From Eledone cirrhosa (taxonomy: Eukaryota), in assembly GCA_964016885.1 (NCBI GenBank), contig OZ024743.1, positions 338,148,001 to 338,212,000 of the forward strand: a DNA stretch of 64,000 nucleotides, written 5' to 3'. The position numbers and the translations under genes are program-made. Numbering within the stretch: the stretch's first letter is position 1; each line of letters opens with the position of its first letter. The notes beneath the pieces are model-generated. The model saw only the letters and a program-made list of their open reading frames with translations. It was not told the origin of the DNA and made no database searches. Positions 42,836 to 55,851 of this stretch are shown piece after piece.

Positions 42836-43074
42836 TACATACATACATACATACATACATACATACATAATGGCTGCCCCCTCGTTATCGAGTATGGCCA
42901 TTGCACGATATACCATTATTAATAATTATTAATTAATGCTATCATGCAATGCCTGTGCGTGAAGATTTTTTTTTAAGTGAGGAAAGACTGTGCACTGAAC
43001 CAATCCCACTCTCTGAGCGACAGTATCTATAACCCGAAAAGAAGAAAAGATCAATATCATCGGTAACTACTGAG

Positions 43075-43217
43075 CCGTAGGTTTTATGTCGGAGTTATCC
43101 CAGTTTCCTGGGTTGCCTTCTCCCGGAAGAATGCCCTGACAAAGGCTAGGGGTCCTTCACTCCCAGTGGTTTAACCGTGCGATCGGGTATCCAGCCCGAT
43201 TATTTCTATGTCCCCGC
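43075..43217 (-). mobile_element. RTE-like LINE 5' UTR remnant
   Basis: Minus strand ctagcctttgtcagggca...ggagaaggcaac resembles RTE 5' UTRs (from recall, not alignment). Confidence 0.35.
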
Positions 43218-44604
43218 GCATATATATACACATGTATACATATTTACATATATACACACATGTATACATATTTACACATTTTTGGATGGCCGTTGCCTCT
43301 TATGAGTTCTTCTGCTATAGAAATTAGCTTTTTCCAGTGGTTCCCAGCCTGAAGTTTGTTGAAGGTAGAACTACGGGTGTATGAACAACACCTAAAATGT
43401 CAAGTACTTAAAAACAATGTACGTACGCTTTTGGGTGTCCATTCTTCTCTAAGTAGAAAGGTCTCTTTATCGTCTGTTGTTTTCACCGTATAACAATTTG
43501 GGAAGTGACTATTTGTAGCGAGAGAGGCAGTCTGTGGGATAATTCATTTGAATACAAAGAAGTTGCTTGGGAAACACTGGTCTAATTGATTATAGTGAAT
43601 CTCGAGCTAAACAACAAAAATTCAAAAAAATAGACACTCGCCCCTAACAACCCATACATACAACAACAAACAAACAAAACAAGACATTTAACTTCTCTGA
43701 CGGTGAATTGACTTCACCATTAAAATACTTTGCGATATTTGTTCTGGCTCGCTATACTCTGAGTTCAAATTCCACTGCTCTCAATTTTACCTTTCATCCT
43801 TTTGAGGTCGATAAAAAGGTATCAATTAGTACTGGGATTGATTCTTTTGCAGCCCGTTTCACTTTTGAATGGCATGCCTAATTAAAAAAATTGCCTTGAA
43901 ATTGTTTTAGCCTTATGATGATCCACATCCTATGCGGCCCTCTGTTCGAAAAAAGGTTGCCCATGCCTGCTCAATATGTCTTTCTCACTTCCTCTATATC
44001 ATTCCTCCTCTCCTTCTTTGGTAGAAATTGTCTGTGCTCAGACTTGCAGAAAGGATGGTCTTCGTCACTACGGCGCCCCTGCAACTCCATCATGCGTAAG
44101 GGTTCATATACACATACCGTGATGTAGATGGACCTCACTGCACTCTTTAGTAATGGAGGTGAATTAAGAAGCCGTAAAATTCTTGAATTATAATCGCTGG
44201 TAATAATTAAGACGTTTGTGAATCAAGTAATACGAAATAACCATAATTAACTGTGAAAAATATTTTTTTAATCATGAAGTAAATATGGTAATAAGGTAAT
44301 TTTGATAACTATAATATATACATATATATGATACTTAAACGAAGCTATCAAATAGGACCTATACACCTTCGATCGTTTTCCCCCTCACTCAAAAATTTAC
44401 TTAAGTCAGTATCATTAAGACACCAACCCAAGGAAATTAGAGTGGACACTAATACGCTAAATATGAGAAAAACTATATATATATATATATAATTGGAGAT
44501 TTAGTAAAATCGAATCTCTGGCGGTTTGCAAGCAAATTCAGCCTACTTATATGAAGTGATGAGTTAGCAAAGCACTCGATAAGTTAGGTCCTTAGAGTAA
44601 TAAC

Positions 44605-44790
44605 TGTTTCTACTTTAGGCACAAGGCCAGCAATTACCCAGTGCATTACTGGTACTTTATTTTATCGACCCCGTAAGGATGAAAGGCAAAGTCAACCTCG
44701 GCGGGATTTGAACTCAGATCGTAAAGGGACGTAACTATGTTGGAAAGCATGGCGTCCGACCCTCTACCGATACTGCCAATCCACCGCCCT
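44605..44790 (-). mobile_element. Full-length tRNA-derived SINE (MetaSINE-type core) with 18-bp TSD
   Basis: A-box tggcagtatcggtag, B-box gttcaaatcc, core gcctttcatccttacggggtcgataaaa; TSD ggtccttagagtaataac at 44587 and 44794. Confidence 0.9.
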
Positions 44791-45057
44791 TTTGGTCCTT
44801 AGAGTAATAACATACGTTTAAATAACTTGACAAATCGAACATTGGGGTACGCAAAATCTAACACACAATAATATACCAAAGTAACGATAGAACTAACAGG
44901 TTGAGAAAAAATACACCTGGACAAATCAAACGATTATACGTTTAAAGTGTTTCTTTGAATCCTAAATCAAATATCAGACTTACGTGACTGGCAAGCTCGT
45001 GGTATTCATGATCGAACGGAGGTTTCAGTTTTTCAACAGGCTTTTCGTTCTACCCAG

Positions 45058-45108
<51 letters not shown>

Positions 45109-45260
45109 CCGTCGGTCAGTCAATGGCAACATTGAGGACCGAATAAATTAGATTACCGATATAAAAGACACAGAAGCGAAAAGCGAAAACCAACCAAACA
45201 GTGAGTGTGTTCTGTTATTAATTCTGGCAATATTACGCAAATATGACCCTCCCCAAGTAT

Positions 45261-45335
<75 letters not shown>

Positions 45336-45486
45336 TAATTGTTTCTACTTTTGGCACAAGGCCAACAATTATCCCAGTGTATTACTGGTACTTTATTTTA
45401 TCGACCCCGTAAGGATGAAAGGCAAACTTAACGTATAATGAAGAATAAATTAGCAAAATGGGTTTATACAACAATTTATTCACAAA

Positions 45487-45553
45487 TCTATTACAAATGT
45501 TTCGATGAGTTTGAATACTTTACAATGTATCAATCCGGCCTCTTCAGATGGTC
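45487..45553 (-). ncRNA. Hammerhead with decayed stem I, in a Penelope-like pLTR remnant
   Basis: Minus strand: gaccat-CTGAAGA-g...c-GAAA-catttg-TA-atag; a TATA-like gctataaatagg lies upstream on the same strand (~45682-45693). Confidence 0.55.
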
Positions 45554-46006
45554 TTCTGAACATATTTCATCCACACCTGGTTCTCGATGTAACCCGGGGT
45601 ATTGAGATAGGGGAACTGATAAAATTCAATCTCTCCTCTCTCAACTATCAGCTCCACTATAAGCTAACGACCACGTCAATACCTATTTATAGCATTGTAG
45701 GGATGTTACCCCACCACCACCACCACCAATACCCACGGCACCAGCTACCGGTGACCTTCCCGCCACAGCTATTCACAGTGACATTTTAGTCCTGTATATC
45801 AACTTGTAGTAGTAGTCAAGTCAGGCATCACTCCCTGTAGCCCAGTTTGAAAGAGGGGTAAGAGGATTTGAAGAAACGTTATTTAAATAACGAACGTGCC
45901 GTTATCCAGGTTATAAAGAAATATTATTCCAAAACTGGACGTAACGTTACTCACTCTATCTTTGAAAGTAGACTGAACCGATTTAAAGAAATGTTATTAT
46001 AATTTA

Positions 46007-47058
46007 TCTACTTATATATATAACCAGCAATTTCTCTGTCTGCCTGTCCGACAGTGGAAACACGTGCGTAGAGAGAGAGTGAGAGTGAAAGAAAGAGACA
46101 GACTACGAGAGGGGGATAGCGGGAGGGAGAGAGGGAGAGAGAGAGAGTGAATAGACGCTAAAACACGTGCTACAGAAATATTACCTTCCCCTTCCTTTCT
46201 CCATTTTGGTACTACCAAGAGAAACACTGTCGCTATAGAAACATTACCTTCCCCTCTCCACTGACTTTGGTCACTGAGGCCGAGGGAATCGCTGGTTGCT
46301 ATAGAGACACCTTGCACAAGCCAGAAGTAACCAGTTCGAGGCGGTTCTGACTTGACAGAAGAAGGTTGCCATTGAATTTGTGGTTTGAAGAAGGTTGCCA
46401 TTGAATTTGTGGTTGTTGCTGCTGATAATAAGGACCATTTGAAGAAGGTTGCCATTGAATTTGCGGTTGTTGCTGCTGATAATAAGGACCATTTGAAGAA
46501 GGTTGCTGCTGATGAGGTAATTTATTAATCAGATTGCGCAGTTCCATAACCTACGTTTGATTTGTTCAATTCTTTTCTTCAATTTTTTTTGTTGTTGTTT
46601 TTTTAATTTCTTATTGAAAAAATATAAATAATAAAATAAGGTTAGAAATTTAAATACAATTAAATACGATTTAATTTCCATTTCCAGCAGCCAATGTCCA
46701 GTGTTCAATTTCATGAAAAAATTGGAAATAATTCAAAAAATTGAAGTTTAACTTTTGAACATTTGTTTTGACAATAAAAAAATATTTCCTTATTCACACC
46801 TAATGGTATGATTAAAATTTCATAGGAATATTTTTTTCTAACCGCCAGTTATTTATTTTCTCCTTTTTCGTTTTAACATATATTTATTTCAAAGATTTCA
46901 CCGTATAGATAACATATATATTTATACATGCATAAAAGACACACCGAGAGACGGTGAACATGTGGTGCCGAAAACATTTCTCATCCAAATCTCAACAATA
47001 TCAGTATATACACTAGATTTGCTAGCAGAAAACCGCCCACCGGGTGGTTTTCTGCTAG
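46007..47058 (+). mobile_element. Non-autonomous Helitron-like element 1
   Basis: 5' TCtacttatatatataaccagc..ctgtctgcctgtccg; 3' GC-rich hairpin followed by CTAG|T. Confidence 0.6.
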
Positions 47059-47357
47059 TCTATATATATAAAACTGAGGATGTCTGTCTGTGTGTGTGTG
47101 AGTTTGAATCCCTAAAACTCGACAACCAGCCAACCGACTCTTTTCAAACTTTACATATGTAATACTTATATTTCAGGGAGTGTTCTGAGCAATTTCAAAT
47201 TTTCAATGCCCTAGAGACCGCATTAGGCGATTTAGCGATCTCTCTCTATAATTCTCAGTCTTTCTCTTTTTAGATAGATACACACATATAACGTCGCGCC
47301 CTTATAATATCTGTCTGCAGGTCTGACTGTCTGCATTACGTCACTTCCCTGAGGATA

Positions 47358-47425
<68 letters not shown>

Positions 47426-47650
47426 TTTGAATCCCTAAAACTCGAAAAGTACCCAACCGATTTTTTTCAAACTTTACATGTGTATTACTTAACTTTCGGG
47501 GAGTATTATGCACATAAATAATTCAACTTTTTGATCCCCTAGGGCCCGCATTAGGTGAAAAACTACGTTTATTTTTCAGCTACGTTTTTTTTTCAGGCGG
47601 CTCGCGTTCCAAAATACCTTATCCCGTGCAACGCCGGGTACCACTGTTAG
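47059..47650 (+). mobile_element. Non-autonomous Helitron-like element 2 with internal tandem duplication
   Basis: 5' TCtatatatataaaactgaggatgtctgtctg; 3' cccgtgcaacgccggg hairpin then ttag|t; 47075-47230 is repeated at 47349-47558. Confidence 0.75.
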
Positions 47651-48377
47651 TACCGAATAAAGTGAAGTCATTTGAATCCTAGCTACAGCTGAATCTGGCT
47701 GAGGATAGCTGAAATGGACCCCTATCCAGGGTTACAGACCCTTCCTTCCTCTCTTGACAACAAAACACAAGGCTGGTTTTCGGTCTGTGTTGAAAAGGGA
47801 GCAGGAATGGAGCGCAATGCTAATAACATTACCTCCATTAATCAAAACTGAGGGATATCGACGAAAGTCAACCAATACTTCACAGGGTGTAACATGAACT
47901 AAGGAAGAAGTAAAAGTTACTTTAACCCAGCTCCTGTCCATCTGAACACACTGAATTGAGTTTCAGTCTAAATTTTCGATATTTTTCTAGTTGATACTAG
48001 CTTTCTATGTTAACTGATCTATTCACTTAATTTTTCACTTCTCTTACTATTATATATTATATCAGTTTTGAGGTATTCATGGTTTTCACTTTCAGGCAGG
48101 ATGCTATTATAAAAATAACATCGTTCACAAGATTTGACCTACGGGATATCATATAGAGTGCTCAACTAATAATTCTAGAGCCAACATGGACAAGAACTGA
48201 TATAAAGAAACATTTTTCAAATTGAATCCAATACGTAAAATATTATTAAGGTTTGATAAAAGGCCCTTAACTCCTGAAGGAATCGTAGTGGTTCAGTCCT
48301 GACACACGGTCTGTGTTGGACAAAACCTGGTGGAGACCATACCTCTCCAGGTCTTTACACAGATGATGTCCTCGGAG

Positions 48378-48407
<30 letters not shown>

Positions 48408-48412
<5 letters not shown>

Positions 48413-48572
48413 CGAAACATAAGTCAATTGCATGAACTCATAATCCTTTATTTACTGCTATATATATTTCGATGATAGCCATTGAATGGCTATGACCTCA
48501 TCAGGCAGTTAGTCAGTTCTTAGATATGCCAGCTCTGTGTTTATAGTGTTGATGGTATCAGAGCCTTGGGAC
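48408..48572 (-). mobile_element. Second copy of the 12.0-kb hammerhead element
   Basis: Reverse complement of 12033-12200 with few differences. Confidence 0.85.
48454..48509 (-). ncRNA. Type-I hammerhead ribozyme (same family as 12099)
   Basis: Minus strand: actgc-CTGATGA-g..atagccat/atggctat..c-GAAA-tatata-TA-gcagt; perfect stem I. Confidence 0.85.
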
Positions 48573-48798
48573 ATATATATATATAAGAGAGAGAGAGAGT
48601 GAGGGGGGGGGGATATAATGGTAGAATCGACCCCAGTAATGGATTGGTACTTTCTTTTATCAAAGTTGACCTCGATGGGAGTTGAACGCAAAATATTATT
48701 AGAATGGGGCATATTTCATTATTTTAGTGCAGATAGAATATATACCATTAATATATTGCGGTTGAAATTTCTCGGAGAAGAGATGAGCACCGCCAACC

Positions 48799-48986
48799 AT
48801 TTCTAAGGCCCAATGAAAGGCCATGAGAAACACAGACAACTGTCTAGAGTGGCACCCTGAAAGACTAGCTGTCCCAGTTACGGGGAGATGGAAACCATCA
48901 ATATTTCTAAGGCCCAGTGAAATGCCATGCGAGACACACAGACAAATGTCTAGAGTGGCACCACAACTGGTTGCACCAGTTACGGG
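48799..48986. repeat. Diverged ~104-bp tandem duplication
   Basis: atttctaaggccca...tgtctagagtggcacc...ccagttacggg occurs twice. Confidence 0.85.
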
Positions 48987-49084
48987 AACATTATTGATTT
49001 TTTTAAAATTCTTCGCCATTACTGAACATGCCACACCGCATGTTACATACTCCCAAGTGATAGTATACATTATTACCATTACAA

Positions 49085-49271
49085 GGGCAGTGGATTGGCA
49101 GTATCGGTAGAGGGTCGGACACCATGCTTTGCAGCACAGTTACGTCCCTTTACGGACTGAGTTCAAATCCCGCCGAGGTTAACTTTGCCTTTCATCCTTA
49201 CGGGGTCGATAAAATAAAGTACCAGTAATACACTGGGATAATTGCTGGCCTTGTGCCAAAAAGTAGAAACA
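49085..49271 (+). mobile_element. Full-length SINE, same family, 16-bp TSD
   Basis: TSD attattaccattacaa on both sides. Confidence 0.9.
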
Positions 49272-50082
49272 ATTATTACCATTACAAATATTACAGTCAT
49301 TACAACTATTAATTGTTGGTTGTCCTGCAATTAGTTCCTTTAACAGTACTTGTGTCCATAAGAAAGGCATGAACATCATATAATCTCGTTTACATTCACT
49401 CTAAATTGTGTGCTGTTAAATTTACATACCCAATGTCTCGGTTGAAGTCATGACAGTGAATACTGCTGTTATGAGAACAGTTTTAACCAGTTCGTGTTCA
49501 ATCTAAATCAGTGATTATCAGAGACCCAGGTCAAGTTTCCTCAATCTCTCCGCCATGTTTTCGCTTCAAATCCTGCCAAGCCCAATTTTGCCTTTCATTC
49601 TTTCGAGGTCGATAAAAAAATGTACCAGTCGATTCTTCCTCTATATCTCTGTCTCAATTTTTCTTTGTCCTTCTCTGTAATAAATGGAGATGGAGATGGG
49701 CTCCGCCAGGCTTAAAATAGCCAAGACACGCCGTATGTCATTACGACGCCTCTACGACACCTTTACGATACCATACTTTCATCATCATCATCATCATTGT
49801 TTATTCTTTTACCAAGACATTGAATATAAATAAAGGAAACATAGATAACGAAAGAGCAGCTTTTCATTAATTTTTTGGATTTATTTAATAGGCATGGATA
49901 AGCATGTACAGTACTGACTTCAGTTGAGCATTTCATGAGAATATAGCAAGAATAGGTGATGTAATATTATACATATTTCATTCACACACTGGTTTTCAGT
50001 CTTCAGCCTGCACCAGATTTTTGGACAAAGAATGAATATACGTATATATATATATATACAAGTGTACATTTATTTATATATA

Positions 50083-50121
<39 letters not shown>

Positions 50122-50191
50122 GTACATATATATATATATATATATATATAAATGTACATATATATATATATATATATATAAATAAATGTAC

Positions 50192-50247
<56 letters not shown>

Positions 50248-50528
50248 ATGGCACGTTTAGTAACACATAATTGGGATGGAAAATATTAGGCAATAGTGGA
50301 AGATGCCTAAATCTGTGCAGTTTAAGTATTTTCAAATTCCAGTAAAAAATGAATAAATAAATAAACAAATAAGATGGAAAAAATATACCAATAGAAGCAC
50401 TTTGGAAAGGTAAATGGTCAGTATAGTATATGTGTGTGTATGTGTGTATATATATATATACGTTATTCCGGGTTGAATCGGAGGTAACATATATATATGT
50501 CTGTATGTATATAAATAAATACATATAC

Positions 50529-50623
<95 letters not shown>

Positions 50624-50641
50624 ATTATATATAAAAGTGAC

Positions 50642-50686
50642 TTCTACAGGACTAGAACTGTTTCATTCGTATGAAATCATCAGGAA
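50642..50686 (-). ncRNA. Type-I hammerhead ribozyme (short stem I); truncated sibling at 58604-58648
   Basis: Minus strand: ttc-CTGATGA-t-ttc-atac-gaa-t-GAAA-cag-ttctagtc-ctg-TA-gaa. Confidence 0.7.
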
Positions 50687-51459
50687 TATATATAGGTTGA
50701 GAATCCATTATCCGAAAGTGTTTCACAATTTGGTTTATCAATACACTCTGTATGGCTTAGTGGTTAAAGCGTTGGGCTTGCAATCTGGAGTTTGTGAGTT
50801 CGAATCTCGAACCCTTGCTGCAATTTACTCAGCTGTAGGAAATGAGTTGTGACGTCACAGGTGACAAACTGTATCGGCCATTACCTTTTCCTTTGACTGA
50901 TGCAGAGAAGGGAGACTGGTAGGCATGGATGACTGCTGGTCTTTCACAAACTCGGACATTGCTCGGACTTGTACCTAAGAGGGGAACTTTCTAGGTACAA
51001 ATCCCAGTCATTCGTAACCGAAGGGGGTCTTCACCCTTACCCTTTATACAGCAGCTAAGGAAGTCAATTTGGCAGAGTCCTTAAGTTGTTAGATATTTGT
51101 TCTTTATGTCTGTATTCTGAGTTCAAATCCCACCGAGGTCCACTTTGCCTTTCGGGGTCGATAAAGGAAGTGAACAGCCCACTTCTGGGGGGGGGGGGGC
51201 AAAGTTCTCTGGCTCTTACCAGCTGTCTCAGCTGGATAGAGGGAAAGAGAGTCAAGTGGGTGTCCGTGTATGCTCACCACTGCATATGTACCTAAACCCT
51301 TCGTGAAAGCATGCTGCATATTATCAAGGCTTGCTCGTTTACGAATGCCGGCCGTATATATGTCAGTCGATCGACTTTCGTCAAATCGGACCGAGGAAAC
51401 AATGTTTCCATTGGTCTTTCCAATTGCTTCTACTATCTATCGGTCGTAACTCCAGGTAG

Positions 51460-51498
<39 letters not shown>

Positions 51499-51711
51499 TA
51501 TGTACACGTACATACATATATGTATACAGACGTACAGTAGTATATATATTTATATGCATACATGCACACATATATATATATGTACGTATGGATTCACCGA
51601 ACATTTATTAGAATGCTCGGTGTGTTTGCAAACAAACATCACGTATACATACTTATATTTAAGTAACAGCCGTACTAAGAGTGAGAAATGAAATTTCGTT
51701 TCATTTTTTCC

Positions 51712-51759
<48 letters not shown>

Positions 51760-51992
51760 ATTTGTATGAAAGGATAAGATATATTAATAAATTATCTACT
51801 CAGAGAAGTAATAAAATATAATAAACTTAAGCCAAAATCTCTATTTCGTGGGTTATAAGCTAGACTGATTAAAATATGTTGGTTTTACTCTTCTCGAATT
51901 CAAGAAACCATGGTAGGGGAACTGTAATAGTAAAACCCACTTATTTTAGTCAGTCTAGCTTATATCTCCGAACATAGAGATTTCGGCTTAAG

Positions 51993-52091
<99 letters not shown>

Positions 52092-52270
52092 CATCTACAA
52101 GATATGATGGCTTAGAGATGGAACTTAAGCCGAAATACAATTATCCGTTATTCATAATACAGCAAAATCCATTTTAATTTTTTACCAATAAATTTTAATG
52201 AAATTTACAATTCAAAAATGAAAATAACGTGACAGCTTATTATGAATAAATTCTCAACATAGCCACATGC

Positions 52271-52681
52271 TACTCTCGGGGCTCGAATAACGCCCCCACC
52301 CCAACCACTTACACTTTTTCAAATCCCCCACCCCACTCTCATTTCACGTACCACCCCGCCCTGCTTATCAAATTTTGCTAATTTATCTCCGGTGAAATTT
52401 TATTTTAAGTGGTAGCATTCCTGCGACAATTAATTTTCTTTATACATTAAAAAAATATTATACATGACAAAAAAAGACATTACTAGAAATCTCATATGTT
52501 ATAAAATAAATAAGATGGGTTGGGGGTCTCTATATGTAAACTAAACGACTAATTCTGGGGGTTTTTTTAAATCAATGGAGATAACCTAGAAAAACTACCG
52601 ATTTTCAGCCCCCGCCCCCCTTTTATTCCACCCCACCCCACTTAGTCAATCACCACCCCTATCATTTGGTACCAGAGAGTA
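52271..52681. mobile_element. TA-flanked MITE (Tc1/mariner-like ends)
   Basis: Imperfect TIRs tactctcgggg... / ...accagagagta. Confidence 0.5.
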
Positions 52682-52712
52682 CCTATTTATAAAAATAACG
52701 CAACAGCTTACA

Positions 52713-53006
52713 TAATTGTTTCCACTTTTGGCACAAGGCCAGCAATTACTCCAGTATATTACTGGTACTTTATTTTATCGATCCCGTAAGGATGAAAGGC
52801 AAAGTTAACCTCGACAGAATTTGAACTCAGGCCGTAACGGGCCATAACTCTATGCTGCAAAGCAGGGCATCCGACCCTCTACCGATACTGCCATTCTACC
52901 GCCCTTATATAATTGTTTCTACTTTTGGCACAAGACCAGTTATTACTCCAGTGCATTACTGGTACTTTATTTTATCGACCCCGTAAGGATGAAAGGCAAA
53001 GTTAAT
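52713..53006 (-). mobile_element. Full-length SINE followed by a truncated tandem copy
   Basis: Same consensus; 52713-52905 full length, 52910-53006 3' half. Confidence 0.85.
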
Positions 53007-53264
53007 CTTATTCATATGCCCAGAAAGTAGTGATTTGTGAACGTGTCCATTTGTGGAAAGTCTTGTTAGTATTAGAAATACTTTCGGAATCTATTATTTT
53101 GAATGAAGAGATTGGCAGTATCGGTAGTAATATTGCGTAATATTGCCAGAATTAATAACAGAACACACTCACTGTTTGGTTGGTTTTCGTTTTTCGCTTC
53201 TGTGTCTTTTATATCGATAATCTAATTTATTCGGTCCTCAATGTTGCCATTGACTGACCGACGG

Positions 53265-53315
<51 letters not shown>

Positions 53316-53583
53316 CTGGGTAGAACAAAAAGCCTGTTGAAAAACTGAATCCTCCGTTCGATCATGAATACCACGAGCTTGCCAGTCACGTAAGTCTGAT
53401 ATTTGATTTAGGATTCAAAGAAACACTTTAAACGTATAATCGTTTGATTTGTCCAGGTGTATTTTTTCTCAACCTGTTAGTTCTATCGTTACTTTGGTAT
53501 ATTATTGTGTGTTAGATTTTGCGTACCCCAATGTTCGATTTGTCAAGTTATTTAAACGTATGTTATTACTCTAAGGACCAAAA

Positions 53584-53772
53584 GGGCGGTGGATTGGCAG
53601 TATCGGTAGAGGGTCGGATACCATGCTTTCCAACATAGTTACGTCCCTTTACGATCTGAGTTCAAATCCCGCCGATGTTGACTTTGCCTTTCATCCTTAC
53701 GGGGTCGATAAAATAAAGTACCAGTAATGTACTGGATAATTGCTGGCCTTGTGCCTAAAGTAGAAACAATTA
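53584..53772 (+). mobile_element. Full-length SINE within an inverted duplication of 44605-45240
   Basis: Shares diagnostic bases and the 5' flank with the 44.6-kb copy. Confidence 0.9.
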
Positions 53773-53916
53773 TTTTGAATGAAGGATTCTTAACTTATAT
53801 ATAAGATATTTGGGGGACGAGAATGCGGTGTAAAATAATAACAAGAGTTACGGGACTTGGTTCGTATCAGTGGGTTCGTTGTTCTTTTTCCACCTCAAAT
53901 TACTCTGTATATTATT

Positions 53917-54003
<87 letters not shown>

Positions 54004-54516
54004 ATATGTATGTATATGTGTACGTATGTATGTATATGTGTGTATGTGTGTATGTGTATGTGTGTATGTGTGTATGTATATGTGTGTATGTGTGTATGTA
54101 TCGGAAAGAGAACGACAGAGAAATGGAATGTCAGGTATTGAAAAGAATCTTAAGCTGACAAAAAACCTGAATCAGCGATGAGATACACGTGTGTCTGTGT
54201 GCGTGTGCGTGTGCGTGTGCGTGTGTGTGCGTGTGCGTGTGTGTGTGAGTGCAATTAATGAAAGACAGAATAACATAACGGAGACATATCATTATCATCA
54301 TCATCATAATCATCGTTATCATCATCATCATCAATATCATCATCATCATCGTTAATATCATAATCAACATCATCATCACATCATCAACATCATCATCAAC
54401 ATCATCAACATCATCATCAACATCAACATTATCAAACTTCAATTATATAAAAGTTAATGGCAAAATCTTTAAAAACCACAATTCTTTGTAATACTTGTAT
54501 TGTGTGTGTGTATGTA

Positions 54517-55814
54517 TGTACGTGTGATTGTGTCTGTGTGTGTACGTGTGTACGTGTGATTGTGTCTGTGTGTGATTGTGTATGTGTGTGTATGTGTGTA
54601 CGTGTGATTGTGTCTGTGTATGTGTGTACGTGTGATTGTGTCTGTGTGTGTACGCGTGATTGTGTCTGTGTGTACGTGTGATTGTGTCTGTGTGTGTACG
54701 CGTCATTGTGTCTGTGTGTACGTGTGATTGTGTCTGTGTGTGTGTACGTGTGATTGTGTCTGTGTGTGTACGCGTGATTGTGTCTGTGTGTGTACGCGTG
54801 ATTGTGTCTGTGTGTGTGTACGTGTGATTGTGTCTGTGTGTGTACGTGTGATTGTGTCTGTGTGTGTACGCGTGATTGTGTCTGTGTGTGTACGCGTGAT
54901 TGTGTCTGTGTGTGTACGCGTGATTGTGTCTGTGTGTGTACGCGTGATTGTGTCTGTGTGTGTGTACGTGTGATTGTGTCTGTGTGTGTACGCGTGATTG
55001 TGTCTGTGTGTACGTGTGATTGTGTCTGTGTGTGTACGCGTGATTGTGTCTGTGTGTGTACGCGTGATTGTGTCTGTGTGTACGTGTGATTGTGTCTGTG
55101 TGTGTATGTGTGATTGTGTCTGTGTATGTACGTTTGATTGTGTCTGTGTGTGTACGCGTGATTGTGTCTGTGTGTATGTGTGTACGTGTGATTGTGTCTG
55201 TGTGTGTACGTGTGATTGTGTATGTGTGTGTATGTGTGTACGTGTGATTGTGTCTGTGTGTACGTTTGATTGTGTCTGTGTGTGTACGTTTGATTGTGTC
55301 TGTGTGTGTACGCGTGATTGTGTCTGTGTGTGTATGTGTGTACATGTGTGTACGTGTGATTGTGTCCGTGTGTACGTGTGATTGTGTCTGTGTGTACGTG
55401 TGATTGTGTCTGTGTGTGTATGCGTGATTGTGTCTGTGTGTGTATGCGTGATTGTGTCTGTGTGTGTACGTTTGATTGTGTCTGTGTGTGTACGTGTGAT
55501 TGTGTCTGTGTGTGTATGCGTTTGATTGTGTTTGTGTTTGATTGAGCAGGTTTGAGAGTGTATGTATGTGTGTGTGTGTGTACGTTTGATTGCGTGTGTA
55601 TGTGTGTCCGTTTGATTGTGTGAGTGTATGTTTGATTGTGTGTGTATGTGTGTGTTCGTTTAATGTGTGTATGTGTGTGTGTGTGTGTGTATTCGTTTGA
55701 TTGTGTGTACGTTTAGTTGTGTGTGCGGGTTTGATTGTATGTGTGTGTGTACGTTTGAGTGTGTGTGTGTGTGTGTGTGTACGTTTGATTGTGTGTGTGT
55801 GTGTGTGTACGTTT

Positions 55815-55851
<37 letters not shown>

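Noticed and set aside
50752-50815. tRNA-like sequence (also ~30352 and SINE heads)
   Set aside because: Has A/B boxes but no acceptor stem and continues into a SINE body.
54517-55520. CRISPR-like array
   Set aside because: No unique spacers and eukaryotic context; an ordinary minisatellite.
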